DNA of 64,000 nucleotides from Raja brachyura (Eukaryota). Below are positions 12,801-24,197 of this stretch, one piece after another (the first letter of the stretch is position 1; each line of letters opens with the position of its first letter). The notes under the pieces were generated by a model that ran no database searches, was not told the origin of the DNA, and saw nothing but the letters and a program-made list of their open reading frames with translations. Made by a program: the position numbers and the translations under genes. The stretch spans positions 49,538,001-49,602,000 of the forward strand of contig OY740785.1 in assembly GCA_963514005.1 (NCBI GenBank), in the 5' to 3' direction.

Positions 12801-13919
12801 CACATTAAATATATTTCCAATTACAGCACCAGAGACGAGGTACAAAAAATTATGAGCACAGTGTACATTAGTTATAATATGCCATCCTGATTAATTTTTT
12901 TCACTCAAATTGTATGGGGACTTCAATATAAGAAAGTCCCTGTTGGTCTTCTATTATGTTTCATGTATTGCAGAATTACTCCCTTTGTTGATTGTCGGGA
13001 CATTTGGTAATTCATCTTCTTCATCTTTTTGTCCTACTAACCTTAATGATACATTTAATAGTCTGTCCTCATTAATAATTATTTCAAAGCCATCCAGTTG
13101 CCAATGGATTTCTAACAGTTAACAAAGGATGGTGGCCATCTGTTTATCTTGGCACACATATTTCTTAGTTTCCTTAGCAGTAGAGTGAAAGCTTTCATAA
13201 TGTCTTCTCAATTCTATAGCAAACAACTTACTGCAATGAAGGGGCTTGACAGAGAAAGTGAAGAAACCGTGGTCTATTCTCAATGCAACTGATTTGTGCA
13301 AAACAGCTTTCAGATTTTATCTAAAAATACAAGCACTTATTAAAATAGTTCAAAATAACACAATTTTAAACCAATGAGAGGTACTTCGATGTTCTCTGAC
13401 CAAATCCAACTTGCCAACAAAATTGACGGAATCCAGCTGCTGTATCTAAAGGCCGTGTTGTTGAGGATGGCTACTCACAATCATGATTTGGACAGTAGGC
13501 AGAAGACCATTGAATTGACACTTTATAAATATTATGCAGGCATGGCCATAAAAATGTTTAAATAACAAGCAGAAGAAAGCAGCTTTAACCAATTCAAAGT
13601 ACAGCTATAAATATTTTATCAGTGATGCAATCCTATTTCAGAGTGTATTTTGTGTTGTCACAGAAGTGTTTGATAATTTGTCTTTCCAGAACAGATTTTA
13701 AAAAGTTTTATTTCATATTCTGCTTTGATTTTCAGCATTCCATGTGTTCCATGCAACAGGCCATTCATGGCCATCACAACAGTCTCTTGACCTGAGGAAT
13801 GAGCAGTGAACGATGCAGAGGCACATACCTTGTTGCCCCTGCATTCAACTAGAGCAGCACAAACACCTCCACTAGGGATCTCTGGACCTCGGAAGGTTTG
13901 TAGAAAGTAGATGGCAATA

Positions 13920-14228
13920 GGGTGGCACCATGGCACAACTTGTAGAGCTGCTGCCTCACAGCACCAGAGACACGGGTTCAATCATGACCTCAAGAGCTGT
14001 CTGTGTGGAATTTGTACATTCTCCCTGTGACCTCTCAGGTTTCCTACAAGTGCATCGGTGACCTCCCACATCCCAAAGTTTGTAGGTTAATTAGCCTCTG
14101 TGAAGCGCCCCATCTGCATGGAGTAGATGAGAAAATGGGATAACATAGAATTAGTGTGAACGGGTGATCAATGGTCGATGAGGACTCGGTGGGCTGAAGG
14201 GTCTGTATCTTTAAACTAAGCTAAACTA
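13920..14228 (+). mobile_element. HE1/V-SINE-type SINE
   Basis: gggtggcaccatggcaca..gtagagctgctgcctcacagcaccagagacacgggttcaatc; tail gtatctttaaactaagctaaact. Confidence 0.85.
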
Positions 14229-15199
14229 TGAGCAATATTCTTCTAATGTGGAAAAAGAAAGCAAAACAAAAGATTGAACGGTAGCTAAACTTTCTGGGGT
14301 TACTGTCTTTCCCTGAAGTGATCCTGGTCATGCTGCTTGTACCATTTTCAGCCAGCACATGTCCATTGATGCTAAACTATGTGCAAAGAGTATTATTGGG
14401 ATAACCCAGGAATGCTTGCATCCTCTTCTTCTTTTTCAAAACTATTTGGAATGTATACAAGATTTTCCAAACAAGCTAAAAAAATAAATTAAGAACTGAA
14501 ACATAATCACTTCAACAGCTTCCAATCACCTACATTGCTTTACTTCCCCTTTACTTCCTCTCCATTCATTAAAAACATTTGATGTCTTTAATTTGTAACT
14601 GCATTGCATTAATAAACTTCCTTGAAGTCTTTGCCACAACTCCCTTTTTTACATAAGGTAATTAGAAACTCTGTAATATTGTGATTGTGGTCTTATTCTA
14701 TCGGGTTAGGAAAACTGCTGTGACATTCAATTACAAGCACCGGTAATATATCCCCATTCTTTTTGGCATGTTAAAAGAGCCATGTCAAATTAATTTCCTC
14801 TTTGAGGTTGCAATGAATAACTCTTAATTCAGTGTTTTTTGACATCCATCAATGCCAAAAACCTTCCTCTTAATTATTTTGCTCAACCCAATATTTATTA
14901 GCTAATTACTGAATTGTCCTAAGCATTGCTATTTTTTAATAGTTAACATAATCCAAAAATGCTGGCTGTGCATGATTTATTTTTAATTGTAATTGTTCTT
15001 TGGATACCACACGTAATGTACTTGTTAAATAACATAGCTGCCAACATGGAAGTAGCTTGTCTAATCTTGTCCTCAATCATTGTCGCGGTCCCTTGAGTGA
15101 ATTAATGAAGCAAATGAAACTCAACAGTCGATTACTCTGAACCCACTGACTGGTTTCTATTGTTTCATTAAAAAGTTCAAGTTACCATATATGTATGTT

Positions 15200-16390
15200 A
15201 AGTTCATACACCCACCATCCTCTCTGTGGAAAAAGTTACCCCTCAGGTTCCCATTAAATCTTTCACCTCTCACCATAAACCTATGACCCCTGGTTCTTGA
15301 TTCCTCTACTCTGGGTAAAACCGATGGCTCAGCCTTTGTAGCCAATGACTTAACATTGCATTTACCGATGCTGGGAAAATGTTGGGTGAACTAACATGAA
15401 TAAGACAGAGAGGCACCTAGTTCTATAATCGTTCAATGGTTCAATGATGCGTTATATATCACATGTTCAACTGCACAGTGAAATACTTTTTGCATATTTA
15501 ATCATCTAGGCACCATCATGGTGTGGTTCCATTTCCAAAGTCCAAAGTCCAAAATCCAGTCCACCCGCCCGCTCAGTTTACTGGAGCGGCCCTTGATCCA
15601 GGTAACTCCCCGGCTCCTGCAGAGATCTCCAAAGCTGCCTCATCCTTTATGTAATGGGGCGACCAGAATTGCACACTATATGCCAAATATAGCCTAACCC
15701 AAGTCCTAAAAAGATGCAATACAACTTCGAACCCTTTTACTCGATGCTTTGATCGATGAAGCAAGCATTACAATTCGCCTTCTTTACCAACCTATCTACA
15801 AACTTCAGTCTCCATGTGACCTATTCACAGTCACAGCCCAAATAGATTGAAGCTAGTATGGTTAAAGGATAATTTAGAGTTAAACAACATGAAAACCGGC
15901 CCAATCAAAGCCAATCTCATTTGCCCACATTTGGCCCATATATTCGCTTAACCTTACCTATAGCCAGGTGACCAAAATTAAACGCAATACTCAAACAATT
16001 GTTGCCTCACTAATACTCACTGTTGCCTCTATACTCCAAGTATGTATTGTACAATTGTAAAATAATGTCCCAACTTCTACACTCAGTTCCCTGTCTGATG
16101 AAGGCCAGCATGCAAAAGCTTTCTACATCCTCTATCTAACTGCGCTGCCATTTTCTGCTGCCATGTACCTGCACTCCTAGATCTCTCTGCTCTACAACAT
16201 TTCCTTAGGGCCTATTGTTCACTGTAAAGGTCCTACCCTGGTTTAACTTCATAAAATGCAGCACTTGACACTTATCTGAATTAAATTCCATTAGCCATCC
16301 TCAGCTACATGCCCAGCTGATCAAGATCCTACTGTAATTCATGATAATCATCTTCACTGTCGACAATTCCACCTATTTTAGTATCACTTA
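15200..16390 (-). mobile_element. Cluster of old CR1 fragments
   Basis: Minus translations ESRTRGHRFMVRGERFNGNLRGNFF and VRLYLAYSVQFWSPHY; further degraded RT-region pieces at 15950-16390. Confidence 0.65.
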
Positions 16391-17012
16391 GTTAAGCAGT
16401 GATTTATGGCGGGACAAGCATCCAAGAGTGAATGTTTTGCATGGCAGCACTGATAGTTTTAGATGAGGAGGGAATGGAGGTAGGTTTAGCAGAGCATTCA
16501 TGTCAGTATAGATGAGAGGATGAATGGCCTTTTTCATGCCATATATTCAATATGAATCAGTAAAAACCTCTCCATTCTTCTTTGAATTGTATCTTGGAAT
16601 CATTTGCAATAACTGAGAGGGAAAGTAGGGCTTCATTTTGATGTGTCATTCACTGAACACAACTTGAAAGTTATTGTTTGCTTTATCCAAAAACAACAGC
16701 ATTCTAGCAAGTCTCAGCATTGAACCCATCAGCACTGAAATTAAATATATAGCTTGGAAACAATGCACATCTGTACTTATAAAACATAATATAAAAGATT
16801 CAGAGTAAAAAGGTATGACATACAAAATTTGGAGTAATTTTTTCGTCTCTGGATAAATACTAATAGAAAACACTGGAATGTAGTACAGTGTAAGATAGTA
16901 CTGTATAATAGTATAAGATACCATGGCAATAAGTTGAAGGCCCATTATCAATCAAGGTTTATATTAAACGGTGTCCGCTGATTTTGACTGTCTCCCATCC
17001 TCTGCTCCCTAA

Positions 17013-17823
17013 TAGGCCTGTCCCACTTACCTGACTTTTTAGGTGATTACAAGAGACTATGAGGTCGCCACAATGTCGCCGCCACATGTTCGCCGGAGGT
17101 TGCCAGGGTGTCGCCTGCATGGTGGTGAGTAGTTCCCTCATTCTCGTAACTAGTCGAGGCTTCATTCTGGTCTCACCTAATTTTTCAATATGTTAAATTT
17201 TTCAATATGAGCAGAATGTTTACGCCAAAGAGAGTAGCGAGAATTCTCGTGACGTAGGTGCAGTGGTAGTGGGTCGCCAGGAGATCGTTGGTTGTCGTAG
17301 GTTGTCGCCGGTGCTGACCAGGGAATTTAATTGGCTCATTGGGGAAAAAAAACGTAAACAGTAGTTTTCAGAACTAAGGATAACCGACCGGTAATGTTAA
17401 TGTCCGCCGAGCTTCACAGCCGTGTATCTCTGGCTTCTTAAAAATTGTCTCCACTCCTTCTCCCCACCCTGTATCCCCCTTCTCCCCCCTTCATCCCCCT
17501 TCATCCCCCCCCCCCCTCTTTTAAAGGACTTAAGTGACCCTTCCCATGCACTGTGCATTCACCATCTTAATTATAGGGCCAACCTTCCTGTTCATCGTGG
17601 TGTGGGTCTGTATCACATTGGCTTTGCAGCATGTGAATTTCATTCAGACAGCGCTCCCCCCCCTTGCCCTGTCCCCCGCCTGCATAACTGGCTGATGAAG
17701 GAAGCGATGTGTGTATGTGTGTTCCACTCTGACAGTCGACGTTCCAGTTGCCGGTTTTTCAGCGACCTGCTACGACTTGACAGTCGCCGGCAGTTGCCAG
17801 AAAAATCGCCTAAGTGAGGCACA
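17013..17823. mobile_element. Non-autonomous PIF/Harbinger-type DNA element
   Basis: Left TIR taggcctgtcccacttacctgacttttt, degenerate right TIR aaaaatcgcctaagtgaggcaca, TAA on both flanks, CpG-rich gtcgcc-repeat interior. Confidence 0.65.
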
Positions 17824-17841
17824 TAAGGGTTGCGACACTAA

Positions 17842-18054
17842 AGGGCCTGTCCCACTTGGGCGTTAAATGCGCGTCATTTATGCATCACGGCACACGGCGT
17901 GACGCGTAATGCATGGCGTGCATTATGCGCGCATGTCGCGTAGTGAGACGTGATGGCGTAGGCAGTGACGCACGGTCGTGCGCGGCGCCCCAGGATTTTT
18001 GGAATTCTGGCCACCTGCATGACACACAAATGACGCCCAAGTGGGACAGGCCCA
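17842..18054. mobile_element. PIF/Harbinger-type MITE
   Basis: TIRs agggcctgtcccacttgggcgt / acgcccaagtgggacaggccca with TAA target duplication. Confidence 0.88.
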
Positions 18055-19289
18055 TAACTAACATCTTGTCAGGTCATTAAAAGACTTTTCCTTGGTTGAG
18101 ATGTAACAGTTAACAATTAAGTTTCAATAATTTGACCTGAATAAATGGCAAATATATTTACGTGGTTCAACTAGTTTTTAATTTATTTTGTCAGACGTAT
18201 GACAATGATATGAACAGTTTATTTTACAGGTTGTAAACTTGAGGGAAGCATTATGGGCCAAATGGCTGCACAATTGCGATTGGTCAGAATCACCGTCATC
18301 CATTTTTGGGTTCTTTTATCCACTGAGGTAAAAAAAATACCCTGTGTTGTGCAGTTCAGAGAATCAGGATGCCGTTCTTCATTTTGAACTCAGGTAATTT
18401 TCATTCCATCAGCAGGAAAATAAGGAGAAAGGGGAAATGAGAGGAATGTGCAAAATTGCTTTCCCTTCCTCTTTGAATTGCTCAACCCATATTTATTGGG
18501 TTTGTCCAAAACCTCAGAAGCTTTTGTACATGGGATAGGCATATATCTGTCTTGGGCAAGGCAGCAGTACAGAGTCTCATGGTTAAACAATCCTTCCACT
18601 TCAAGTAGATGTGAATCAGGCACTTCAGAAGGAGCGTAATTTGATAAAAACTTAACATCAACCAAAGAAGGATAATAGTGGAGCAGACCAGTAAAAGCAT
18701 TGTCAATGGATAAGAGTCAAAATGTTATTGTAATCAATCAGTGAGGGCTGGAGAGACTTAAAAACAAAGAAGTCCAAAGCTTATGGCTTAGATTGTTGAA
18801 AGCACCACTATTCAACTGAATGACACAGGAAAGCAGATTACATTCTGCAAACTCAGGAGACGCTTTGTGGAGGTGCCTGAGAACATGTCAATTTGCTTGG
18901 AGATCAGAAGTTATGGGAAGACCAGAGGCTACTTGGAGGAAAGCCTAAAGTACATGACCTTCCTTTTATGAGAATTCCAATAAATCTTAAATGTTGAGGT
19001 CTCATGCTAACTGTCCTCAATAGTCAACAGAGCCATGGCCCTTTCAGTCTCTGATTCCCTGTGCATTTAAGAAATCTTGATGAGCAAGATTCTGCACTGG
19101 GAATCTCAGCATTCAGAAAAATAACTAGGAAAATGAGGCGTAAGGTTGCATGGATTTTAATGGAATTAATGATGGAATTTAATTTGGGTTATTTTAAACT
19201 GCTAATCACTGTTAAATACCCAAGAAAATAAGGTTTGGCAGTGAGGGAGCACAGAGTACAGTGATCCATCTTGAGACAATCATGGCTTG

Positions 19290-19455
19290 ATTAGTTCTTG
19301 ATTAGTACGGGTGTCAGGGGTCATGGGGAGATGGCAGGAGAATGGGGTTAGGAGGGAGAGATAGGTCAGTCATGATTGAATGGTGGCGTAGACTTGATGG
19401 GCTGAATGGCCTAATTCTGCTCCAATCACTTAAGAACTTATGAACTTATGACCTA
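19290..19455 (+). mobile_element. CR1 3' end fragment
   Basis: ttcttgattagtacgggtgtcagggg...gggctgaatggcctaattctgctcc plus gaacttat repeats; matches 10230-10385. Confidence 0.85.
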
Positions 19456-19829
19456 TTGATGCCTTTGCCTAGATGGGGTGGGCAATTCACCATCCAACAC
19501 AGGAAGAAACTGAGAGCTTATATCTATCAGTAAAGCTTTCACAGGTTGTGGAACTTTCTTCTTGAAAACTGGGGACTGAAATATAACCTGATAGAGGCCA
19601 TTTGAGATTATGAATGGGCAATGTGGCCAAAACGCAGTCAGGTGAAACAAAAACCCAAGGCCAAAAGTATAATATAGATACTAATAACTCAAAATGAGTC
19701 ATTGGGATCTGGAACCCTTAACCAAATAAAGTTGGTGACTTGATAATATATATGCCTTTAAGGGGAAGGTTGATAACAATATGAGACAGGATCGCAACAA
19801 TATAACAATTCAAGTATGGCTGCAGGGAA

Positions 19830-20775
19830 AATGCTGCGAACTATAGGCCGCTGAGCTTAACATCTGTAGTTGTAAAGTTACTAGAGAGTATTCTGACGGA
19901 TAGGATATACAGGCATTTAGCCGGATAAGGCTGATTAGGGATAGTCAGCATGGTTTTGTACGTGGGAGGTACAAATTTCACAAATCTGATTGAGTTTTCT
20001 AAAGACGTGACTAAAAGGTTCGATGTTGTATACATGGACTTCAGCAAAGCATTCAACAAGGTTCCTCATGGTAGGCTGCGCTAGAAGGTTAGATCGCATT
20101 GGATCCAATGATCAATGGATAGAAAATTAGCTTCATGAAAGGAAGCAGAGCGTGATGGTGGAAAGTTGTTTCTTGCACTAGAGGCCTGTGACTAGTGGTG
20201 TGCCTCAGGGTTCATTGCTGTTTGTCATCTATATCGATGATTTGGATGTGACCATACACGGCAAGATTAGCAAGTTTGCATATGATACAAAAGTGGGTGG
20301 TTTTGTAGAAAGTGAAGATGTTTGTGAAAAATTACAGCAGGATCCTGTTCGATTGGCCAGCTGGGCTGAGGAATGGCTAATATAATTGAACACAGAGAAA
20401 TGTGAGGTGTTGCATTTTGGGAAGTCTAACATGGGTAGGACCTACACAGCGAATGGTAGGGCTCTGGGTAGTGTTATAGAGCAGAGGGATCTAGGAGTGC
20501 GGGTGCATTGTTCCTTGAAGGTGGAGTTGCAGGTACATCGGGTGGTCAAAAAGGCTTTTGGCTCATTGGCCTTCAACAGTCAGAGTACTGAGTATAGATG
20601 GTCATGTTGCAGTTGTATAAGACGTGGGTGAGGCCACATTCAGAGTACTGTGTTCAGTTCTGGGCACTAAGTTATAGGAAAGATGTCAAGCTGGAAACTG
20701 TACAGATAAAATTTACGAGGATGTTGCCAGGACTAGAGGGTCTGAGCTATACAGAGAGGTTGAGCAGGCTGGGTT
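19830..20775 (+). mobile_element. CR1-clade ORF2 RT-region fragment (pseudogene)
   Basis: NYRPLSLTSVVVKLLE, SQHGFV, DFSKAFNKVPH, TSGVPQGS, KFAYDTKVGG, KCEVLHFG, VRPHSEYCVQFW. Confidence 0.9.
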
Positions 20776-22356
20776 CTTTTATGTGTGCCATGACTTTTCA
20801 GACAAATTGTAAAGGATCATTAGCTGCTTATTTTGGCATAATGGTTCCAGAGGCTATGTGGTGAGGAGTGCCCATTGTACTGAAGCCCCTTGTGCAATGG
20901 CACTCCAGTATGGGGACCGGTTATGTACCACAACACACAATATACCCACATGCAGCAAGTATACAAACTGTGGTGGTGATGGTATGAACTACAGATTATG
21001 AGCTACAGACTTAATTAAGTGTGTAATATGATTATTGGAAGCCATTGAAATGAGAAAGAAAATATCCAGGTGGAAAACAATGAAGTTAGAACACATAAGA
21101 TAAGGTACAGAAATAGAAAGTGTTATAAACAAAACTAAAGAGCTGAAAAATTATTACAAGAACAATGTTTGGAAGGCATGGCACTTAAGGAGGCATATTG
21201 TTCCAGGAATTTTCTTTTAGCTCTTACCTGGAAAAGGAAATGCTCAGCATAATCCTGTGTTAATTGGTTCAAGAATTATTCCAGGCTTTGTTTCAATGTA
21301 TAGCATTTTATAGAATGTATAGCTCTACTTCAGCGAGACCATGTTAGGTCAGGGTATTGGGAAGTGTGTACTGAAAGCTGAAGAGACACTGAACCAGCTA
21401 CACGTTTCTCAGTCAGACAACCTGCTTTCTGAGCAAGTGATTTACGGCACTAATTTGCAAAAAATACCATAAAACATTTGCCAAGAGCTTTTCATAACAT
21501 TATTGCCTGGAATTTCCCTGGGGAGTTTTCCAATCTCCAGCTGTAACTTCAGTTGCAGATCAACAGAAATCATAGAGAAAGAGAGTTAGGAGCACTTTAT
21601 CCAAAAAGTTTCAGTGGAAGTTGAGAAATAATACCCTACAAAGCCTTTATTGAATTGATGGCAGTCATTACTATTTCTCTCACTTCTACTTTACATATTT
21701 TCATGGTAAAGTAGGAGTTATGTTCCTGTATCTACAATCTACTTTTTTCAAGGGCTAGACACAGATTGGAAACTGTATAATAGTTAGCATTCTCAAAGTA
21801 TTATTTATTCCCTCAGAAACATTTACATTTGATTTGTAAACGTGGCTTTTCTCAACTCTCTGGTCAAAGTCACAAGTCAATAACATTATGGCTGTATGTG
21901 GAGTAAACTACAGTCTTGATGGAGAGAAACAACTTGCGCAGTTGGGAAACTCAAAGCTGAGAATCTGAAGGTTAGATCAGGCGTTTCAACACTGAATTGA
22001 ATCCACATGCAAAGTGGTAAACTTTGTTTTGTTTTGCAAACTGCAACTTAAGTAAATTCAAGAGTAGATTTTAAATATGAATGTATTAGCTTATTGTACA
22101 ACCTACTCTGTTCAAAAGCCTAATCAAAATAGTTGATATAGATTTAAACAACTAATTTTACTTCGGAGTCACGTGAGTGATTCCATGAAGAACCCCGCCA
22201 GTGCGCATGTGCGTCAGTATGTCAGCCGCATTGCGCACGGAGGCTGTGAGGAACAGAGCTCCTCCAGCAGTAAGTATCAGACTCCAGGTAAGCGCAAAAC
22301 TTTGCTGGAGTATAAAGTCCGTGCTGTGGTGCTGTTATCTGCCGATCGCTAGCACC

Positions 22357-24197
22357 ATGGACAAAACGGGAAAGGGGAAGCGGCGAGTCGCAGCCAGCGG
22401 GTTTGGAACAGCTGCCGCATACCCCTGTTCAGTCGCCGGGTAAAAATGTAGGGACTACAGTCTTCATGCCACACAGCACAGAGCCTGCGCCAGCCGGGCG
22501 CAAGGCAACTCAAAAGTCTGCTAGGCCCATGGAGTTGGGGGATGATTCCTCACACACCTATCCCAAGTGGAGGAACTGTTACATACAGTGCTCCAGCAAG
22601 GCACACTCCAGCAGGAGGAGTGTCAGCGCCACTCAGAACTAGAGGCTCCAGCAGCAACAGGGCTGCTTGATAACACCTTCATATATGATGAGGGGAGTGC
22701 AATGGGTCAGCTTAGTCCTGACCCCGAATCTGATGGGGAGGTTGAGCCAGGAGAAAATCTGGATTTACAAGATGTCCCACCTCTGGTAGCATCATTTGCT
22801 GTCCGCTCCGGTTCAGGAGAGCCACTGGGAGAAGAGCTGGCTTCTACAATTAATTACATGGTTTCTCATCAGCTCCAGGAGCTCACCATGGATGAGACGG
22901 CCAAGAAACATGAGCCTCCAAAGAACTGTGGGTTATTACAAGTGCCAATGGTTAACCAGGTCATATGGGCTCAGATGGGACCCGGCATGCGTAACCAAGA
23001 AATTAAAATGCAGAGGGTTCTAAGGCTTTTGGGCTCTGGGATCACAGCATTCGCTAGGACGATGGATGGAGGGCATGTGTCAAGAACACAACAAGAGGCA
23101 CTGAGTTTGCTATGCAGTGCACACTTTGAAATAAACTGTGTCAGGAAAAGGGCTATTAGGCCCACCATAAACCCAAGCTTCGCCACGCTTTGTAAACCAT
23201 CCAATATCCAGCCTCCAAACATACTTAGAAACATAGAAACATAGAAATTAGGTGCAGGAGTAGGCCATTCGGCCCTTCGAGCCTGCACCGCCATTCAATA
23301 TGATCATGGCTGATCATCCAACTCAGTATCCCGTACCTGCCTTCGCTCCATACCCTCTGATCCCCTTAGCCACAAGGGCCACATCTAACTCCCTCTTAAA
23401 TATAGCCAATGAACTGGCCTCAACTACCCTCTGTGGCAGAGAGTTCCAGAGACCCACCACTCTCTGTGCGAAAAAAGTCCTTCTCATCTCGGTCCTAAAG
23501 GATTTCCCCCTTATCCTTAAGCTGTGACCCCTTGTCCTGGACCTCCTCAACATCGGGAACAATCTTCCTGCATCTAGCCTGTCCAACCCCTCAAGAATTT
23601 TGTAAGTTTCTATAAGATCGCCTCTCAATCTCCTAAATTCTAGAGAGTATAAACCGAGTCTATGTAGTCTTTGTTCATAAGACAGTCCTGACATCCCAGG
23701 AATCAGTCTGGTGAACCTTCTCTGTACTCCCTCTATGGCAATAATGTCCTTCCTCAGATTTGGAGACCAGAACTGTACGCAATACTCCAGGTGTGGTCTC
23801 ACCAAGACCCTATACAACTGAAGTAGAACCTCCCTGCTCCTATACTCAAATCCTTTTGCTATGAAAGCTAACATACCATTCGCTTTCTTCACTGCCAGCT
23901 GCACCTGCATGGCTACTTTCAATGACTGGCGAAAAGCTCGCAAAACGAGTCTACAACGAGTTAAGGACATGAATGAGGAGGCTAAAATGATGGGCCTGAT
24001 GAGAACAACGATGACCGGAAAACCGCTTAAAAGGAAATATCCTTATAGGAGCACTACAGCTTCCGGGGTTACACCAGGAACAAGCTGGCCTTCGACCCAG
24101 GGGCACGGTTGGCGCCCTATGTTTGGATCACGAACAACCATGGGGGCTCCTGCCAGGAACTGGGGTCACCAAGTCACACCAGTCACCAGGGAGGTAG
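22357..24197 (+). pseudogene. DIRS gag-like ORF1, disrupted by stops/frameshifts and a CR1 insertion
   Basis: caccATGG start (MDKTGKGKRR..); core LASTINYMVSHQLQE..PPKNCGLLQVPMVNQVIW..QEIKMQRVLRL is homologous to the ORF1 remnants of copies 2 and 3. Confidence 0.8.
23226..23929 (-). mobile_element. Young 5'-truncated CR1 LINE inserted in DIRS gag
   Basis: Uninterrupted ~200-aa ORF2 C-terminus (AVKKANGMLAFIAKGFEYRSREVLLQLYRVLVRPHLEYCVQFWSP...) and tagaaaca tail; close relative of 1220-1861. Confidence 0.95.

Noticed and set aside
13737-13894. Exon-like segment (tttcAG ... AAG|GTTTGT)
   Set aside because: Stops in all three frames; no evidence for a non-coding exon.
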